A DNA stretch of 64,000 nt from Octopus bimaculoides (Eukaryota), in NCBI RefSeq assembly GCF_001194135.2, contig NC_068986.1:13336958-13400957 (forward strand), written 5' to 3'. The notes below the pieces were generated by a model. It ran no database searches. It saw only the letters and a program-made list of their open reading frames with translations, and was not told where the DNA came from. Positions within the stretch are counted from its first letter, which is position 1; the number at the start of each line of letters is the position of its first letter. Of the stretch, positions 27,115 to 40,898 are shown in pieces. Position numbers and translations under genes: made by a program.

Positions 27115-27425
27115 CATCATCATCATCATCATCGTTTAACGTCCGCTTTCCATGCTAGCATGGGTTGGACGATTTGACTGAGGACTAATGCAACCGGATG
27201 GCTACACCAGGCTCCAATCTAATTTGGCAGAGTTTCTGCAGCTGGATGCCCTTCCTAACGCCAACCACTCAGAGAGTGTAGTGGGTGCTTTTACGTGTCA
27301 CCCGCACGAAAACGGCCACGCTCGAAATGGTGTCTTTTATGTGCCACCCACACAAGAGCCAGTCCAGGGGCACTGGCAACGATCTCGCTCGAAAACCCTA
27401 CAAGGCCAGTCAAGCGGTACTGGCA
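27115..27425 (-). mobile_element. RTE-LINE 3' end (family C), CpG-retaining, apparently young copy
   Basis: (cat)n-cgtttaacgtccgctttccatgctagcatgggttggacg...gctggatgcccttcctaacgccaaccactc. Confidence 0.8.
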
Positions 27426-27445
27426 ATTTTCTTAAACATATTTAA

Positions 27446-27663
27446 CTCTTTAGCATTCAAAAAACGGTCAAATGCAATGCTTTTATATTCAAATTGTTTT
27501 GAATCAATCATGCATTCTCTTACAGTTTTGAGGTTTTAATTATGCGATTGGTTATTTTTAGAACGTCAGTGTAGGTTAGGTGTGAGTGGCTAGACCTGGC
27601 CAGTTTGAATGTAAAACATATAGAATATTTGGGCCAGATATGGCCAGTTTAAAAACTAAAGGG
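27446..27663. mobile_element. piggyBac-like MITE (family G), 218 bp
   Basis: TTAA on both sides (27442-45, 27664-67), ends ctctttagcatt / aactaaaggg. Other copies at 26883-27105, 39806-40026, 40363-41058 and 51035-51462. Confidence 0.75.
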
Positions 27664-27889
27664 TTAAGTTAAAAGCAGTTTGAAGGACAAATTTTTTTTT
27701 TAATAACGTTCAGGAATAAGAAATAGTTATATCAATGTCCAATGTTGGTTTTAGTTTCTTCAACAGATGTTTTGATAAGAAATCAGTTCCTTTATTTTTA
27801 ATTAAGTATTAAATTTCTATTTCCAACACATACAACATGACATGCATATCTTGTTATTAACCTAAATAGAAAAAAAAAAATTGCTTAAA

Positions 27890-27937
27890 ACCTGTGTGTT
27901 ATGAACGATAGTAAAGAATCGTTCGTAACACACAGGT
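27890..27937. repeat. 20-bp stem / 8-nt loop hairpin
   Basis: acctgtgtgttatgaacgat-agtaaaga-atcgttcgtaacacacaggt; one T/G pair at 27902/27925. Confidence 0.9.
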
Positions 27938-29680
27938 ACTTGGTACTGTGTTGATAGCCAATACTTTCAAATCCGGCTCACAAGTATGATTCATAGGCCT
28001 TAGAACAAGACACATTAATGAATTAACTAAGGAGGAAAGAAGTGATTCACAGCCTAACAAACACAACAATGGGACATGGAGGAAGTGAATCAAACAACAA
28101 CAACAATTATTACTACTACTACTACAACCACTACAGCTGCTGTTGCTACTACTACTACTACTACAGATGATGATGCTGTTGGACAACTGAGATGATTTGG
28201 TTTTGTACACTAAATTTTCATTATACTCAGGGGCTGTGGTGGGAGATATGACCTTTTTTGAGACTAAAAGTAAAAGTTTTGTGAGGCTTGTGTGTGTTTG
28301 AAGACGCAATAATTTGCTTGAAATGGTTGAGTAAGAAATCTTTACAGTATTTTTGTTGAAGATTTTATCACATTGTGTCTTCAGGGATAGTGTTCTCACA
28401 CCCACTCTCCCACCCACCCACACACATACACACGATGGACATTTTTCAGTTTCCATCTACCAAATCTGCTCACAAGGTTTTGGTAGGTGCAGGGCTATAG
28501 AAGACACTTGCCAAATGTACCATGCTGTGTGACTGAACCTGAAATCACATGGGAAGCGAGCTTCTATACACAGCCACACCTGTGCCTATAGTTACATATA
28601 TACATACAGTTAATAATATCCTATGGATATGGTGAGGTGGTCCTATAACAATATACATGTAGTACCGAAACATATGTAGAAATGCAGTAATAAAAATATA
28701 AAATTTCCATCCATGATGTATTTCTTGTTATTAACTTATACAGTTCTATATAGTCATGGAAACACAAATACAACAATATGCATTCATGAACATACAATGA
28801 ATTGGCGAATGACACAGTTGACCTCAGCGGAACTCGGAATATGCTTCCAAGCATTTTTCTCCCATGCACTAACAATTCTTCCAGCTCACCACCTTAATCA
28901 TGATGGTGATGATGATGGTGATGATGATGGTACTGTATAATGCAAAAAGAAATAAGAGCATTTCCTTGAATAATTCCTCCCCATACATACAAATTTCTGT
29001 GATCTATGGACTCAGTAACAAAAAAATTAAAAAAAAAAAACACAACACACAGGAACACAATTTCCTAATCATTTAAATTTCAAAAAAATCTATCACATTA
29101 CAGTGAAACAAGCTTCCACCATAGCAACAACACAGAGATCTAAACCCATCTTTTCACTTTGGAAATAAAAAATTTCAATCGATTACTTTCAACCAAGTTT
29201 AATTGCATGCAGTGTGTGTGTGTGTGTGTGTATGTGTGTGTGTGTGTGTGTGGATCGTATGCGTAGTTTGTATCTGTGAGTGTGTGTGCATGTGTGCATG
29301 TCAGTAAAAGGAAGCTTCAATAGCTGGTGTGTGTGTGTGTGGTGCATAATGACGGTTTAAAAGTAAGAGATCAAATGTATTTATTGATTCTGATTTAAAA
29401 TTACTTCAGATCACAGTGATAACAATGCTGATCATTGAACAAGTCTCTGTGTGCAGCTTCTGCAGATTGTGAATTTCTGGTTTTCTAATGAGAGGAATGG
29501 CTGTGTGGTTAAGAAGTGTGCATGGTTTAGGCATGGTTGTGTAGTTAAAAAGTTTGCTTTCCAACTGTATGGTTTTGGGTTCTGTCCCACTGCATTGATC
29601 TTGGGCAAGTGTCTTCTATTATAACCCCAGGCCAACCAAAGGTTTGAGAGTAGATTTGGTAAATAGAAACTAAAAGAAAC

Positions 29681-29921
29681 AAGAAATAAGGTGGCAAACT
29701 GGCAGAAATGTTAGCATGATGGGTGAAATGCTTAGCAGTATTTTGTCTGCCATTACGTTCTGAGTTCAAATTCCGCCGAGGTCGACTTTACCTTTCATCC
29801 TTTCAGGGTCGATAAATTAAGTACCAGTTACGGACTGGGGTCGATGTAATCGACTTAATCTCTTTGTCAGTCCTTGTTTGTCCCCCTCTATGTTTAGCCC
29901 CTTGTGGGCAATAAAGAAATA
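29681..29921 (+). mobile_element. SINE family A copy with 16-bp target-site duplication
   Basis: agaaactaaaagaaac at 29665-29680 and 29922-29937 flanks a near-consensus copy inserted into a family B SINE. Confidence 0.8.
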
Positions 29922-32057
29922 AGAAACTAAAAGAAACAAGAAATAAGGTGGCAAACTGGCAGAAATGTTAGCATGATGGGTGAAATGCTTAGNNNNNNNN
30001 NNCCAACTGTATGGTTTTGGGTTCTGTCCCACTGCATTGATCTTGGGCAAGTGTCTTCTATTATAACCCCAGGCCAACCAAAGGTTTGAGAGTAGATTTG
30101 GTAAATAGAAACTAAAAGAAACATACCTTGTATATATATGTATGTACACACACACAAATATTGATCAGATAAGAGAAGTGAGAGAATAGATGTTTATTCC
30201 ATTAGTTAACAGCTGTTTTGTAATCTTTGTTACATAATCAATGTTATGTCATCTGTCACACATCATCATTATCGTTTAACGTCTGTTTTCCATGCTGGTA
30301 TGGGTTGGATGGTTTGACTGGGGACTGGCAAGCCAGGAGGCCTTATCAGGCTTCAATCTGATCTGGCAATGTTTCTCTCACCTGGATGCCCTTCCTAACA
30401 CTAACCACTCCGAGAGTGTAGTGGATGCTTTTTACGTGCCACCGGCACAGGAGTCAGTCAGATGGCACTGGCATCAGCCACCACGTTCAGATGGTGCTTT
30501 TTACGTGCTACTGGCACAGGAGCCAGTCAAGGCAGGGGGGGATGGCATTGACCACATTCGGATGGTGCTTTTACGTGCCACCGGCATGGGGAGCCAGTCA
30601 GGTGACATGCTCATTTTGCAACTACTATGAAATGCCAAGACAAGGGGACACACACACACACATCTGATGGTCTTCTTTCAGTTTCCATCTACCAAATCCC
30701 TTCTCAAGCCTTTGGTTGACCAGAGGCAATAGTAGAAGACACTTGCCCAAAAGGCCACACAATGGGTCGAACTAAAAACCATGTGGTTTGGAAGTGCACT
30801 TCCAGATCACACAGCCGCACACACACAATGCAGGTGGAGCTTAATGGCTAGGTTTGATTCGTAGCCATGCAGTTTTGGATTTGGTTCAACTACATGGCAT
30901 TTTGTGTCTTTACCAAAGAATTTGGTTAACCGAAGCCTTGTTAGTGAAATTGGATTGATGGGAACTGCGAAAGTCCACCAGATGGACTAAAGCTATAATT
31001 CAAAGTCTATCCTACATGAAAATTATTTTAAGAGCATACATGTCTGCTTGCTAAATCATGGAGTTGGCAGCTCAGTTAGTCAAACAACTTGATGCTCATG
31101 TGACAAATTCACTGAGGTAGACCACTGTATGAACCAAGACAATCCACATGAACATCATTGGAAAAAGACAACAGAAATGTTATAACAGAATCCACAATGA
31201 TGAACAACCAAGATCATGAAAAATTAGACTGTGATCAAACAAAGCTTTGATAGAAACCTTAACTAAGAAAAAAAAAATAACAATAATACAAATAAACTAA
31301 CACTTTGTTTTCAAATATACAAGCTATTAAAAATTTATCATAACTCCCCAAAAGCAGGTGTGTTCAGCACATAATGATACATTGTGCAAGTCTGGGTTTG
31401 ATGAATGAGTCACTGATTATGTTACAAAAAGCTGAATGGTATTACTGCTTGTTTATGAGACTTATAAGTTGTATATAATACATATCTGGTATTCATCTTG
31501 GATTAGCCAATGTACACTCATCTCAGTAACTAACTGTGAAGTTTACTCATCATCATTGTTTTAATGTCCACATTTCCATGCTTGTATGGATCAGACAGAA
31601 ATCATCATCATTATCCTTTAACATCCATTTTACATGCTGGCATGGGTTGAACAATTTAACAGGAGTTAGCAAGGCCAAGAGCAGTAGCAGGTACCAGTGT
31701 CTGCAATGGCATAATGTAAGACATTATGCCATTAAGACATAATGTCTTACGTTTAAGATGATTCCCATACATTTCCCTGAGGAGAAGTTTACATTTTTAA
31801 CATCGCCGATTCCTATGGATCGCATACATTGTAATTCTTCGAAACATATGTCGGAATAAAGTATGCAGTTATAACATGCGTTTTCTCCATTCCTTAAATT
31901 TTTAAATATACTCAAATACCCAAAATATAAAGGAGTTTCTGCCTCACCAACAGGAATTACACCACATTTATTTTGTGATGTTTGCTACCTTGGTTTCTAT
32001 TAACCCATTCATTCTATCCGAATTATTTATTAGGATAGAATAAAGACATATAATTAA

Positions 32058-32092
<35 letters not shown>

Positions 32093-32489
32093 CATATATA
32101 AATATNNNNNNNNNNNNNNNNNNNNNNNNNNNNNNNNNNNNNNNNNNNNNNNNNNNNNNNNNNNNNNNNNNNNNNNNNNNNNNNNNNNNNNNNNNNNNNN
32201 NNNNNNNNNNNNNNNNNNNNNNNNNNNNNNNNNNNNNNNNNNNNNNNNNNNNNNNTATATATATACTCTTACTTGTTTCAGTCATTTGACTGCGGCCATG
32301 CAGGAGCACCGCCTTTAGTCGAGCAAATCGACCCCAGGACTTATCCTTTGTAAGCCTAGTACTTATTATATCGGTCTCTTTTGCCGAACCGCTAAGTTAC
32401 AGGGATTTGGTAGACGGAAAGCCAAGTGAGACCATAGCCATGGCCTACACTAGTGTCGCATAGCCAGCCCATTTAAGAATAGCCTTCAA

Positions 32490-32950
32490 ACATTAGGCAA
32501 TATACTGTGCTTGAGAAGACCTGTTGAGTCAAGTCAAATCATAGTCATGGCCAACGCCAGTCCCAATACACTGGCTCCCATGCCGGTGTCACATAAAAAG
32601 CACCATATGAGCATGGTCAATGCCAGTGCCACCGGACTGGTCACGTGCTAGTGGCACATAAAAAGCACCATTCGAGCGTGGTCATTGCCAGTGCCACCTG
32701 ATTGGCCCCTGTGCCAGGGACATATAAAAAGTACCAGTCAAGCGTGGTCGATGCCAGTGCCACCTGACTGGCACATAAAAAGCACCCACTACACTCTTGG
32801 AGTGGTTGGCATTAGAAAGGGCATCCAGCCGTAGAAACCTTACCATTCAGATTGGAGCCTGGTGCAGCCTCCTAGCTTGCTAGTCCTCAGTCAAACCGTC
32901 CAACCCATGCCAGCATGGAAAGCAGACGTTAGATGATGATGATGATAATG
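32490..32950 (+). mobile_element. RTE-LINE 3' UTR with about four tandem ~63-bp subrepeats
   Basis: The unit gccagtgccrcc.gactggc...ggcacataaaaagcacc is repeated about 4 times before the common 3' end and (GAT)n tail. Confidence 0.8.
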
Positions 32951-33703
32951 ATATATGTGTATATATACATGTATATATGCATGTATGTGCATATATATAC
33001 ATACATATATATATATGTGTGCATATATATATATATATATATATGTACATATATACATATATACATACATATACATACATATGTTTTACATAAAAAAAAG
33101 GAAGGACACATTGGATAATGTGCTTCTAGTGCTTGATAAATGTCTGTGAAAAGAAAAATAATAATAAAAGACAGGATGGTCATGGCTGGAATATTTTTGA
33201 TCATACATCTCTGTTCAACAAGGACTAACACTTGGGGTTAAATGTCAACAACAACAGTTGTCAATCATTATAATGCCTTAATAAAGAATGCAAAAAAAAA
33301 AAAAAATCAAAGAATACCCTAGCAAGATGAAAACAATTATAACCCCGAGTTACATGCCTGTGATAGGATGATAGAAAAATGAATAGAAACAAGATAGATG
33401 AGAAAGCAAATTTTTTTAGTGTTTTTTTTTTTTTTTTTAATAAATTAATTACTAAACAAAAGGTTTCACTGAAGCGTCAGAAGTCAGACAGGAAATAAAA
33501 TTATTACAAATCACAAAAATAGATTTTTGGTAACGAGTAGGGAGGGTAGATAGTGGGGGAGGGGATATTGGAAACCATTGTGTTTTTATGAATAAAAGCA
33601 TAACAATAGGCTTTTACACAAGATTTGTAATGTTTTCCAAAAAAAAAAAAATTAAAAAAGTAATTTAATTAAGGAAGCTGACAGTGTGTATGCGGGAGAG
33701 AGC

Positions 33704-33745
<42 letters not shown>

Positions 33746-33857
33746 ATATGTGTGTCGAGGAGAAAGATAGAGTAGAGTATGGAGGTGAGGTGGAAGAGGA
33801 GTAAGGAGTCACAGAACAGGTTTCAAATGAAATGGGGGAGGTGGGAAATTGAATTAC

Positions 33858-33957
33858 CATATATCAAAAGACCGTTCCAATAATTCTATAGCAGTGTTGT
33901 TGGAGAACTCCACAGTCTGCGTACTGAATTTGAAGAGAATTCTACCAATAAAGCTGA
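33858..33957 (-). CDS. Candidate internal coding exon (100 nt, phase 1 to 2), product unidentified
   Basis: Acceptor gttttctatttctttggcaacag and donor TG|gtaatt; a single open frame SFIGRILFKFSTQTVEFSNNTAIELLERSFDI(W/C). Confidence 0.45.
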
Positions 33958-34065
33958 CTGTTGCCAAAGAAATAGAAAACTCTATTACAACACCAGATAG
34001 TTAACATTTATTCCTGAATTAAATTTATCATCTTTGACTTGATCAATTACCACAATAAAACATTA

Positions 34066-34110
<45 letters not shown>

Positions 34111-34627
34111 ATGTCATTGTTTAATTTTATTTCAAGATTTCTTGCCAATACAGAAAGAACCGGTTACTAACCTAGATCCAAGGCTCCTTCATTGGAATTT
34201 CTACATCAGCAACAGGGTATTTTTGTATGCATCATCATCATCATCATCGTTTAACGTCTGTTTTCCATGATGGCATGGGTTGGACGGTTTGACTGGGGTC
34301 TAGGAAGCCAGGAGGCTGCACTGGGCTCCAGTCTGATCTGGTAGTGTTTCTACAGCTGGAAGCCTTTCCTAACGCCAACCACTCCGAGAGTGTAGTGGAT
34401 GATTTTTACGTGCCACTGGCACAGGGGCCAGAAGAGGCAGGCAATGACCACGATCGGTTGGTGCTTTTTACATGCCACTGGCACGGAAGCCAGTCAAGGC
34501 AGCGCTAATTCACTCTCATTGCATGACACCTTGGGCAAGTGTCTTCTACTAGGGCTATACAAAGCCTTTTGAGGGGATTTGGTAGATAGAAACTGAAAAA
34601 AGCCAATCACGTGTATATAAATGTATG

Positions 34628-34661
<34 letters not shown>

Positions 34662-35189
34662 TAGCTCAGTAGTTAGAGCATCAAGCTTATGATCGCGAGG
34701 TTGTGAGTTCGAATCCTGGACCAGGCTGCATGTTGTGTTCTTGAGCAAGAGGTATACATGCATATATGTAGGTATGTACATATATGTAAGTATATATGCA
34801 TATATTTATATATTATTTATATTGTTATATGATTGAATGCCACACATCCTTTTCCAAGAAAGTTTTATATATATAGAACAAAAACGCAATAGAGTGCATT
34901 AAAATGTTTGTACAGATAGACAATACAAAGCCGGACAAGAGAAACAACAATTTGAAGGACAGGCAAAAAAAGACAGGTCATTCTTGGCTTTCTTTCATCA
35001 GTCAAGTCCCAAGAGTCATGACTATTTCGGGCAGTTACACTTGAGATGGTTCGATCTGGTTGCCCCCAAAAGAGTCTAAGCTAAGAGCATTAGACCCCTT
35101 TGTTAGAAAGCTAGTGAATGTGCACGGCAACGAAGATGAAAAATACAAACAAACAAAAGAAACAGAGAACATGATACACAATTATGAAT

Positions 35190-35225
<36 letters not shown>

Positions 35226-36920
35226 TGTGTGTCCCACCACTGCTTGACAACCAGTGTTAGGATGTTTACATCCTTGTAACTTAGCAGTTTGGCAAAAGAG
35301 ACCAATAAAATAAGTGCCAAACTTTAAGAAAAAAAAAAACAGTACTGGGGTCAACTCATTAGACTAAAATTCTTCAAGGTGGTACCCCAGGATGTCTACA
35401 GTCTGATGACTTAAATAAGTGGAAAAAAAAAACAAAAAGAAAAAGCATAGTTCTGTGATATAAGCAGAGCAAGCTTACATCTTAACAATAAACCAATAAT
35501 CATGACTTATTGAGATTGATAACTTGTTTATCAGACGCTTATCTATATTTCTAGTGTGGTGTATTTGTGCAGATATAAGGTGGGTATATGTGGGTGTTCA
35601 ATTCAATAGATGTGAGCAATGCTCCAATGTAGGATGGATATGCATTTGAAAAATGTTAGCTAATTGTTCTGAAATGAAATATTTTTTGGATACAGTAATG
35701 ATACTTAAACTTCCCATTATGTATGTATGTTTGTATATATGTGTGTGTGAGAGTGCGCATGTGTATATATGTATGTACATGTATGTATAAATGTATGCAT
35801 CAGTAATTGTCTAGCAAAACCTTTGATGACACAGCACACAGTGCTAATATATCAATTAGTTTAAAACTATTAATGTTTGCCAGCTCAGTTAAATGCCTGG
35901 TGACCTGATGGGAACAACCATTTTAAAGGAATGGAATGAATTATGATGATGTTATTGATGCTTTTGGTAAAAGAAATCTACATCCACCAACTATAGGTGT
36001 GTCAGACTCTTTGTACATATTTCTTTTGAGTTTTCAATTAATGTAAACAGGAAAACAGCAATCAGAAATGACAGACAGAAGTTAAGTGGTGTAATGGTTC
36101 ACCAGTGGTTATCATAGGCTACAATAAAATATATTTCAATTGTCATTGTATTTAAATACAGCAGAAAGTAGAATAGAGACATATAGAGAATTGCTACCAA
36201 CAGTTCACCTCTACTTCGGTGAAAACGGTTTACTACATTTGAGAAAAAGGAAGCTGCTACTGTTTAATACACCTCAGCCCTGATCAAAGACATTCTCATC
36301 CTGACCATTCCATCTTTTTAGGTATGGTCTTACTCCAACTATATTATCTAATTTACTCTTTTATTAAAAGGAAAAAATTACTCAGGTTAAATACCTGTCA
36401 CTAGTGATAAGTGTAGGTGAAGAATTCACAATTAAAAAAACTTGGCAGGTGCAACATAGTTGTGTGGTAAAAAGTTTGCTTCCCAACCACATGGTTCTGG
36501 GTTCAGTCCTACTCCAGGGCATCTTGGGCAAGTGTCTTCTACTATAGCCTTGGGCTGACCAAAACTTTGTGAGTGGATTTGTCAGACAGAAACTGAAAGA
36601 AGCCTGTCATATANNNNNNNNNNNNNNNNNNNNNNNNNNNNNNNNNNNNNNNNNNNNNNNNNNNNNNNNNNNNNNNNNNNNNNNNNNNNNNNNNNNNNNN
36701 NNNNNNNNNNNNNNNNNNNNNNNNNNNNNNNNNNNNNNNNNNNNNNNNNNNNNNNNNNNNNNNNNNNNNNNNNNNNNNNNNNNNNNNNNNNNNNNNNNNN
36801 NNNNNNNNNNNNNNNNNNNNNNAAAGTTGACCTTGGTGGAATTTGAACACAGAACATAAAGACAGACAAAATACCAGAAAGCATTTCGCCCGGCATGCTA
36901 ACAATTCTGCCAGCTCACCT

Positions 36921-36982
<62 letters not shown>

Positions 36983-38704
36983 AATATATTATATATATAT
37001 AGTCAATCCATTGTGTGTGTCTCTTTGAACAGGTGTTTGTTCCCCACCACTGCTTGACAACCAGTGTTGGTGTGTTTACATTCCTGTAGTTTGGCAAAAG
37101 AGACTGGCAGAATAAGAACCAGGCTTAAAAAGAAAAAAAAAATCTGGGCTTGATTCATTCAATAAAAAATTCTTCAAGGTGTTACCCCAGCATGGCCGCA
37201 GTCTAATGACCGAAACAAGTAAAAGATAAAACCTGAATACTGCCATTGAAGTATTTGCATGGAATGTGGCAGCAGGAATGGTGGGAATAAAATTTGGTTT
37301 TTGTTGCATAAGCAAAAGAAGAAAGCTTCTTTGTTGACTAAAGCACATTGCACCAATAATGGCCAACTGATCACAGCCTAAACTTTCCTGACTCAGTCAA
37401 AGACAAACCAATCTGTGTTAAACAAATAATCAATTTTATAAAAGTTCACGAAGAGCTGTTCACCAAGCATGAAAATAACTATTATACACTTGTGTTTTGA
37501 GAGAGACACACACACACACACACTTTATGTACAAGAATTGATCTGACACTGAGAAAGATGAGAAATAAAGGAGCGCTTGGTCGCAGTGCATAGCTGTAGG
37601 TAAGAGAAGGCCAAAGATAACTTAGCCACAATTCCCAATCTATCCCCACCTGTTTTTTTTTTCTTTTTATCGCTACATTTAAAAAATTATAAATTAATAA
37701 CAGATCTAAAAGAATGTATACTGGACATTAAAGTGTGGTCAACTGGCTGAACTACTAAAGTATCAGATGGATTGCTTGTGAATATTCTCTGAGTTCAAAT
37801 CCCTCCAAGATCAGCTTTGCCTTTTGGTGGGGTTAATAAATAAAGCATCAGTTCTGTATTGGCATTGGATCTTCTCATTTTCAGATTCGCTCTCTCTTTC
37901 CCTCCTTCTGGAAGAAATTGACTGTGGTCAGATCTGGAGAGGAATGGGCTCTGCCAGGCTTAAAATGATTTGCTTCAGTCACTGAATTGTGGTCATACTG
38001 GATCACCACCTTGAACATATTGACTTCAGTACTTATCTAAGTCTGGTACATATTCTATTGGCCTTTTTGCTGAATCACTATTTTACGGGGAATAAACAAA
38101 CCAACACCGGTTGTCATGTGGTGATGGTTGGGGGACAAACACAAAGCCACACACACACACACATATTATATTATCACACATAACAGGCTTCCACGTAGTT
38201 TTTGTCTACCAAAGTCACTCGCAAGGTTTGGTTGGCCCAGAGCCATTGTAGAAGAGCCTTGCCCAAGGAGTTGTGCAATGGGACTGAATCCAAAACCTTT
38301 TGGTTACCAAGGAAGATTCTTAATCATACAGTCATGTTTGCACCTATAAACACAGCCATGCCCGGGGAAGAAATATTAAGAGAGAGGAGTAGAGAGAGAG
38401 TGATGATGAAGAGGAAAAAGACTGGATAAGTTGCAGATGTTGCAGATGGAAATGAAAGATAAAGACAGAGAGAGAGAGGGAGAGAGAGGGAGGGAGAGAG
38501 AGAGAAGGGGAGTGAGAGCAGAGGCAGAGAGAACATTGGTAAATGTGTAGCAAAGGAATTTATGAGTTATGCTCTTGCTGTGGGTCTTGATCTGTTGTAT
38601 ATAAATAAATATGAAAATATTTTAAGCAGATAATGTATAAGGAATGCCAAGCAAGAAGGGGAAGGAGAATCAGGGACAGAAAAGTAACATATTTACATTT
38701 GTGT

Positions 38705-38816
<112 letters not shown>

Positions 38817-40677
38817 ACACCCACATAAATTATACAATTCCTTTTGGAACATATTTTTTATAATCATAGTCAAAGTTCCGCAGTATTTTTCTAACTCTTT
38901 ATGTGTTGAGTTCAAACACTGTTGGCCAAGGTCAACATTTTGCCATTCATCTTTTAGAGGTCAATAAAATAAAGTCCCAGCCAGTTACTGCAGGCAATGG
39001 TTTCAACTTATGCCCCCCACCACTCACAATTGCTGACCTTCTGCCTTAATTAAACACCATTATTATTATGATTATTATTATACAATGACCAAGACCTTTG
39101 GAAATATACTGAGCTTGTAAGGGGGTGAGCTGGCACAAGTGCTAGCACGCCGGGTGAAATGCTTAGCGGCATTTCATCTGTCTTTATGTTCTGAGTTCAA
39201 ATTCCACTGATGTCTACTTTGCTTTTCATCCTTTAGAGGTCGATAAATTAAGTACCAGTTGCATATTGGAATTGATTTAATTGACTGGCTACCTCCCCCA
39301 AAATTTCCGGCCTTGTGCCTAGAGTAGAAAAGAATATACCGAGCTTGTGTAGACCTGTCAAGCCAAGTGGGACTGTAGGTGTGGCTGATGCTGGTGTCAT
39401 GTCAATGGTACTCGTGCCGGTGGAACGTAAAAAACACCCACTGCACTCTCAGAATGGTTGGCGTTAGGAAGGGCATCCAGCTGTAGAACCCTTGCCAGAT
39501 CAGATCGGAGCCTGGTGCAGCCCCTGCCAGCTTACCTGTTTTCAGTCAAACTGTCCAACCCATGCCAGCATGGAAAACGGACATTAAATGATGATGATGA
39601 TAATGATGATGATGATGATGATGATGAGCATTTATACAGTCAAGGGGTTATCAACTTGTACTTGAGCAGCCCAAAAGCCAAGTAACAGGACAGGCAGAGA
39701 CAGCAAGAGGACTTTTCATTTAGTATATAGGATAAATGTTGTATTATTCATGGAATTTTTTGACACATTTTCTGTGGCAAATGCCTAGAGCTGATGGCAT
39801 TATGAACCCTTCAGCATTTAAAGAGACCATATCTGGCCCAAGTATTCTACCTGTTTTATGTAAAAACTAGCCAGATCCAGCTACTCACACATACCTGACA
39901 ATGTCTTTCAAAACATCGACTATCACATCATAATCATGTAGCTACAAGATAATGCCCGATTAATTAAAGAAAATGTGAATAAATAAGCATTACATTTGAG
40001 TGAGTAACCTGGATGCTAATGAGTTAAACTGGGTCAGCTTCAAGCTGAGATGTACAAATTTTTCTTGTGTGCATAGACAAACATTACTTCCACACTAGCA
40101 AACAAAAAGATAGTTCCTGATTAAGTCAGTCAGGAAAGAACCAGCCACAAATACTTGTATCAATAGTCATCTAGCTAACAGGTAAAAAAATGTACCAACT
40201 ACCAACAATTTAAAACTGCACCAACATATGAACTCTACTAAAACTGCAACTTAGCAACAACCTCAACACAATTATAAGTTGTGTTTTTTTCTGCTGCTCG
40301 TGGAAAACATTTTCTTCATTTCAAATTCACAGTTGCAAATATGGACTTAGGACCAAAGTTAACTCTTTAGCATTCAGATTACACTGTCATATGTAGTGCT
40401 TATTTATTCATGTTGTTTTGAATTAACTATTTTGATACAAACCCAGCTGAAACCACCTCTGGCTCTGTAGTACAAATGTCTTGTTTTCATAAGTTTTGAA
40501 TTAAAATCTTCCACCAAACCATAGTCACAATTTATGTTCCTAACACCAGCTTAATGATAACTAAGTTATTTTACTAAATTCTTTGTTATATTTAAAGTAA
40601 TTGAAAGAACACAGAACATCTCAACAGAAATATGGTAACAAAAGGGCTAAAATATATAATAGAGAAACAATTCTTAA

Positions 40678-40898
40678 CCCTTTTGATACCATCCTGTCTG
40701 AAACCACCTCTGGCTCTGTAGTACAAATATCTTGCTTTCATAAGTTTTGAATTAAAATCTTCCACCAAACCTTAGTCACAATCTATGCTCCTAACACCAG
40801 CTTAATGATAACTAAGTTATTTTACTAAATTCTTTGTTATATTTAAAGTAATTGAAAGAAACATAGAGCATCTCAAAACAAATACAGTAATGAAAGGG
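40678..40898. mobile_element. piggyBac-like MITE family H, 221 bp
   Basis: TTAA-ccctttt...aaaggg-TTAA; a near-identical direct copy at 40427-40646 and related fragments at 41220-41335, 41765-41865 and 41900-42755. Confidence 0.75.

Noticed and set aside
32540-32790. CRISPR-like repeat array
   Set aside because: Eukaryotic context; the units are contiguous diverged tandem repeats of a LINE 3' UTR with no unique spacers.
33270-33310. AATAAA plus A-run as the end of a retrocopy
   Set aside because: No TSD or recognisable upstream mRNA; A-runs are common in this window.
35929-35995. MNYDDVIDAFGKRN, resembling a hAT transposase C-terminus or an exon
   Set aside because: Too short, with an upstream stop and no supporting adjacent homology.
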